NCBI GenBank assembly: GCA_964362365.1
Contig: CAYIEF010000005.1
Location: forward strand, 1-47,844
Direction of reading: 5' to 3'
DNA from: an uncultured Methanosarcinales archaeon
Lineage (GTDB): Archaea > Nanobdellota > Nanobdellia > Woesearchaeales > GW2011-AR9
Length of the DNA: 47,844 nucleotides
In this document: positions 44,422-47,844 of the stretch, one piece after another
How positions within the stretch are numbered: position 1 is the first letter of the stretch
How the letters are laid out: each line of letters starts with the position of its first letter
Position numbers and translations under genes: made by a program
Notes under the pieces: model-generated
What the model saw: only the letters and a program-made list of their open reading frames with translations
Database searches by the model: none
What the model was told of the DNA's origin: nothing

Positions 44422-45402
44422 ATGAACAAGCTAGACCACTCTTTGCTCTTTCTCCGTTCCGAGAATGCCCGCATGAGCCTGAAAGAGCTAGGCCGCCTGA
44501 TGAGAAAAAGTCCCCAGTTGTTAAAATACAATGTTTCCGTCTTAGAAAAGGAAGGAATTTTACATGATCCATTTTACATTTTTGATTATTCCTACTTTGG
44601 CCTTATTTTGTTTCGAGTGTATTTTAAAGGCGTGTACGTTAAGGAACAAGACAAACTCAAAGTTATAACTGAACTACGCCAAAATCCATATGTCCTAGCA
44701 GTATACGAATTAGTTGGTGAATTTGATCTCAGCGTAGAATTTGCTGCTCCCAACCCTTCTAAGTTCAATAAAGAATTCAAGAAAATAATCACTGCTAACC
44801 CCTTGCTTAAGGAGTATAAAATCGTCTTAAATATCGTGACTCATATCTATCCAAGACATTACTTAGTAAACAGCGCAGAATTGCTTACTTTGTACGGCCA
44901 GAAAATTGTGGGCGGAGACCGTGAGAAGGAAGAATTTAAACCAGAAGAATTAGCTGTTCTGGGTGTCCTTCTTCATAAGCCGACCATCCGCTATACCAAG
45001 TTAGCTAAGGAAGCAGGTCTGAACATCAAAACTGTAAAATCAATTTTACAGCATCTTACCAAAAGAAACATCATCCGTGGCTGCAGGTATCTTATCGATA
45101 AAAATAAATTAGATGTCACCAAAAATCGTTTGTTTTTGAAACTTCACAACGTAGATCTGGAATACGAGTCAAAGTTGTTGGATTTTTTGCACGACAATCC
45201 TGAAGTTATCCAGCTCAATAAAACAGTCGGCGACTGGGACATGGAAATAGATTTGGAATCGTTAGACAAAAGCAGGATTCGGTATATCATCAGTAGGTTG
45301 CGGGAGGAATTTAGCGACTTGATTGCCGGCTTTAATCTGATTGAAGTGTATGATTATTACAAGAGGACGTATCTGCCGGAGTATTTGTTTAAGGAAGAGT
45401 GA
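44422..45402 (+). CDS. Duplicated Lrp/AsnC-family transcriptional regulator
   Basis: Two HTH + RAM halves (NARMSLKELGR...GEFDL and PTIRYTKLAK...VGDWDMEID). Confidence 0.9.
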   Translation: MNKLDHSLLFLRSENARMSLKELGRLMRKSPQLLKYNVSVLEKEGILHDPFYIFDYSYFGLILFRVYFKGVYVKEQDKLKVITELRQNPYVLAVYELVGEFDLSVEFAAPNPSKFNKEFKKIITANPLLKEYKIVLNIVTHIYPRHYLVNSAELLTLYGQKIVGGDREKEEFKPEELAVLGVLLHKPTIRYTKLAKEAGLNIKTVKSILQHLTKRNIIRGCRYLIDKNKLDVTKNRLFLKLHNVDLEYESKLLDFLHDNPEVIQLNKTVGDWDMEIDLESLDKSRIRYIISRLREEFSDLIAGFNLIEVYDYYKRTYLPEYLFKEE

Positions 45403-45457
45403 ATGTTGTGGGAGAGGCCTAAACAATTTTATATAAGCAAATGTATTTTCAGATAAT

Positions 45458-46165
45458 ATGAGAAATAATATTCTAATTACAGGTATGCCGAGAAGCGGCA
45501 AATCCACTATTCTAAAAAAAATAATCAAGAAATTAGATACAAAAGTCGGTTTCGTTACTAACGAGGTTTGCAAAAATAATAACAGAGTTGGCTTTGAGAT
45601 AGAAACCAATAAAGGAAAAAAATCCATGCTTGCAAATGTGGACTTCAAAACCAACTTTAAAGTTTCAAGATACTTTGTTAATATAGAAAATCTCAACTCA
45701 ATAATCCCTAAAGTGGAAGACTTTGAAGATAATGATTTTCTTTTTCTTGATGAAATTGGACAAATGGAATTATTTTCTGAAAGATTTAAGAATCTTGTTA
45801 TAAAATATCTTGATTCTTCAAATACTTGCATGGCGACTTTGTCAAAAGTCTACAAAGATGAATTTACTGAAAGTATCAAAAATAGAACGGATGTTATCCT
45901 TATTGAAATTACTGAAGAAAATCGTGATGAGAAAGAGCAATATATTGAAACCTTATTACAAAAAATAGCAAAAGCTAAAAGGTATTGTTCTGAATCAAAC
46001 AGATTTAAAATAAAACCAAACAAAGTAGATATTGTTACTGATCACGGAACAAGAAATCTAACAAAACAAAAAGAAAGATGGATTTGCAATTGTGAATTCT
46101 TTCAAAAAAATAATATTTGTAGTCATATAATCGCACTTGAAGAATATCTGAAAATACATGATTAA
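45458..46165 (+). CDS. THEP1-type nucleoside triphosphatase with a C-terminal SWIM zinc finger
   Basis: Walker A GMPRSGKST, GFVTNEV...RVGF, Walker B LDEIGQMEL, and C-terminal CNCEFF...CSHIIAL. Confidence 0.9.
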   Translation: MRNNILITGMPRSGKSTILKKIIKKLDTKVGFVTNEVCKNNNRVGFEIETNKGKKSMLANVDFKTNFKVSRYFVNIENLNSIIPKVEDFEDNDFLFLDEIGQMELFSERFKNLVIKYLDSSNTCMATLSKVYKDEFTESIKNRTDVILIEITEENRDEKEQYIETLLQKIAKAKRYCSESNRFKIKPNKVDIVTDHGTRNLTKQKERWICNCEFFQKNNICSHIIALEEYLKIHD

Positions 46166-46329
46166 TGTACCGCGTCTCAAAATTACATTCGCCCTTCGAT
46201 CGAACCACGCTGCATCTCCTTTCAGTCGTCGGGGCATATAACAAGCGGTTATATGAAATGCGAGGATACTAACTCTGAAACAACAAAAAAAGAGGACCTT
46301 ACTCCTCCCACTCTCTTAACGGAAACATT

Positions 46330-46351
46330 TAAATAATAATATTATTATTTA
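46330..46351. promoter_or_regulatory. Perfect 22-bp palindrome overlapping the TATA box of the antitoxin gene
   Basis: TAAATAATAATATTATTATTTA is self-complementary. It is low complexity, so operator function is tentative. Confidence 0.45.
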
Positions 46352-46364
46352 TAACAAAAATAAC

Positions 46365-46607
46365 ATGGGGACCTTATCCGTATCCGTGCCGGACGAGTTG
46401 AGAGAGAAGATGATCAAGCTAGATGAAATCAACTGGTCTGCAGTAGCCCGGAGAGCATTTGAGGAAAAGGTCAAGGAAATTGAGCTTCTTAAGAAAATAG
46501 CTAGCAAGAGTAAGCTTACCGAAAAAGATGCCCTGGAGATAGGACGAAAGATTAATGAAGGGATGGCCAAGAAGTTTAGGAGTATGCACTTGAGTAAATA
46601 TCTTTGA
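46365..46607 (+). CDS. Archaeal RHH-type (VapB-like) antitoxin
   Basis: TLSVSVPDELREKM...EINWSAVARRA pattern. Directly upstream of a PIN gene. Confidence 0.85.
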   Translation: MGTLSVSVPDELREKMIKLDEINWSAVARRAFEEKVKEIELLKKIASKSKLTEKDALEIGRKINEGMAKKFRSMHLSKYL

Positions 46608-46634
46608 GTGATTTACAAACGGGGTCTGAATTAA

Positions 46635-47043
46635 ATGCAAGTTATTGTTGATACTAATATCATTATAGCTATGCTGATTAGTCCCGGGAAGCCGATTGAT
46701 CTTTTCTTTGACAACAAGTTACATCTTTTCGCTCCGCAACTGCTTTTTGAGGAGTTGGAAAACAATAAGACCGGAAATTATCAAAAAATCAAGGCTCTCA
46801 GAGGAAGAATTTGAGTGGTTATTCACTATCCTTAAACATAATATTGCCATCATTCCTGAAGAAAATTTCTTACAATTTAGAGAACAAGCCGATAAGATTT
46901 GTCCAGACCCAAAAGATATTGTCTATTTTGCATTAGCGCTTTATCTGAGATGTCCAATTTGGTCCAATGAAAAGAGATTGAAGAAACAAGATGAATTAAG
47001 AGTTTATGCAACGCATGAGTTGATAAGAACATTTTCTATTTAA
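46635..47043 (+). pseudogene. PIN-domain toxin split by a +1 frameshift near 46765-46775
   Basis: ATG 46635 gives MQVIVDTNIIIAMLIS...FAPQLLFEELENNK (PIN N-terminus) and stops at 46814. The C-terminal PIN motifs PDPKDIVYFALA and IWSNEKRLK are in the +1 frame. Confidence 0.82.
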
Positions 47044-47519
47044 TCTTTAAACTTAAACGACAACTCATTATACTCAACCGCATCATACACACAGATGCCT
47101 TCCTCCCTATACAGCACAAATTCGCTTATTCCTGCATCGAGTGTAAATTTACTGCAAATAGTGCAATAAGGATCGCCTGATCTCTTCTTCTGTCCTTGCT
47201 CATCCAGCCGGATAAAATATAATCTGGAGCCAGCAATTTTCTCAGGATGTTTTTGCAGTGCATCTACGATAGCGCGCTGTTCTGCGTGCAGGCAGCAGGT
47301 CTTGTCGGATTTAAAATCTGCCGGTAGAGAATCTTTCAGGCAATATTCTAATTTTGCGTCCAAGGGTGGGGAATTATATCCTCTTCCAATGATTTGATTA
47401 TCTTTCACGATAACCGAACCGCACTTGGAACGAAAACAACAAGCGTAGGCGGCAGCAGTCGCTGCATCTTCGATATACTCCATCGCTTTTATTGCTTCTT
47501 CACCGAAAAGAATTCTCAT
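47040..47519 (-). CDS. Second dCMP/cytidine deaminase-like protein
   Basis: CGSVIVKD...GYN, HAEQRAI and PYCTIC motifs. Confidence 0.88.
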   Translation of the reverse strand: MRILFGEEAIKAMEYIEDAATAAAYACCFRSKCGSVIVKDNQIIGRGYNSPPLDAKLEYCLKDSLPADFKSDKTCCLHAEQRAIVDALQKHPEKIAGSRLYFIRLDEQGQKKRSGDPYCTICSKFTLDAGISEFVLYREEGICVYDAVEYNELSFKFKD

Positions 47520-47571
47520 TATCGAAAAAAATCAAGAATGATTTAAATAATTTGTTGGCCTAAAGAAGCGC

Positions 47572-47742
47572 TTATTTCCTAACCAATCCCTTCTTAATAT
47601 TGGCCATCAATCTGTCGATCTCCTGAGGATCAACATTGTCATATCTTGTCTGAGGCTTGACTTCCTTGGTATCCTGCGCGCTTTCCAGCATGGAAGCGAC
47701 AAAGATCGAAGCGCCATCTTTTTTTACTGGTTTTTGGCTCAT
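47572..47742 (-). CDS. Small hypothetical protein (56 aa), below the ORF-track cutoff
   Basis: Manual translation MSQKPVKKDGASIFVASMLESAQDTKEVKPQTRYDNVDPQEIDRLMANIKKGLVRK. TATA-like cttaaat about 25 nt upstream. Fills the gap between neighbouring features. Confidence 0.6.
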   Translation of the reverse strand: MSQKPVKKDGASIFVASMLESAQDTKEVKPQTRYDNVDPQEIDRLMANIKKGLVRK

Positions 47743-47803
47743 TATGAAAAGAAAGAATTACTGCTATTTAAGATTTGTTGTGCTGGTTAATTAAATGAAA
47801 AAA

Positions 47804-47844
47804 GCAGAAATCCCCACTATTCATAGTGTGGGATGAATGCTGCG
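47804..47844 (+). mobile_element. Possible IS200/IS605-type terminal hairpin at the window edge
   Basis: gcagaaatCCCCACTAT-tc-ATAGTGTGGGatgaatgc is an imperfect palindrome resembling IS200/IS605 ends. Any associated gene would lie outside the window. Confidence 0.4.

Noticed and set aside
122-46640. Numerous antisense or alternate-frame ORFs (e.g. 12890..13396, 19520..20083, 29822..30244, 45262..45831)
   Set aside because: They are shadows of well-supported genes and have no motifs or translation signals.
46696-47043. 115-aa ORF treated as a complete gene
   Set aside because: Its N-terminus is out-of-frame sequence. It is the 3' half of the frameshifted PIN gene starting at 46635.
1-47844. 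Stop-codon reassignment or selenocysteine/pyrrolysine read-through
   Set aside because: Recognisable genes are full length under the standard code and end in TAA, TAG or TGA at expected positions.

Overview
Gene-dense, AT-rich archaeal chromosome segment read with the standard genetic code. It most likely comes from a DPANN archaeon of the Woesearchaeota type. This is inferred from TATA-box promoters about 25 nt before leaderless ATGs, GGTGA/GAGGTG ribosome-binding sites, tRNAs without encoded CCA and with bulge-helix-bulge (BHB) introns, and many Cys-rich surface proteins. Contents: (i) a ~14 kb surface-protein cluster with a duplicated two-gene module, a beta-helix lipoprotein and an orphan TadC/ArlJ-like platform protein; (ii) four tRNAs (Phe-GAA, Ala-GGC, Pro-GGG, Ile-GAT), three of which carry five BHB introns in total, four at non-canonical D-loop or T-loop sites; (iii) several toxin-antitoxin-like pairs, one with a frameshifted toxin; (iv) nucleotide and phosphate hydrolases and deaminases; (v) a copper-efflux operon. 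The strongest leads are an L,D-transpeptidase lipoprotein with a peptidoglycan-binding domain in an archaeon, a DAC (diadenylate cyclase)-fold protein with an altered active-site motif, tandem pseudo-receiver proteins, two ~88-nt T-loop introns sharing a hairpin motif, a recurrent [LV]-[TVA]-G-[KRNA] motif in surface proteins, and a 185-bp IS1595-like MITE with an 8-bp target duplication. No rRNA, CRISPR array, transposase, integrase or reverse transcriptase was seen. All family calls come from motif recognition by eye; no database search was run.
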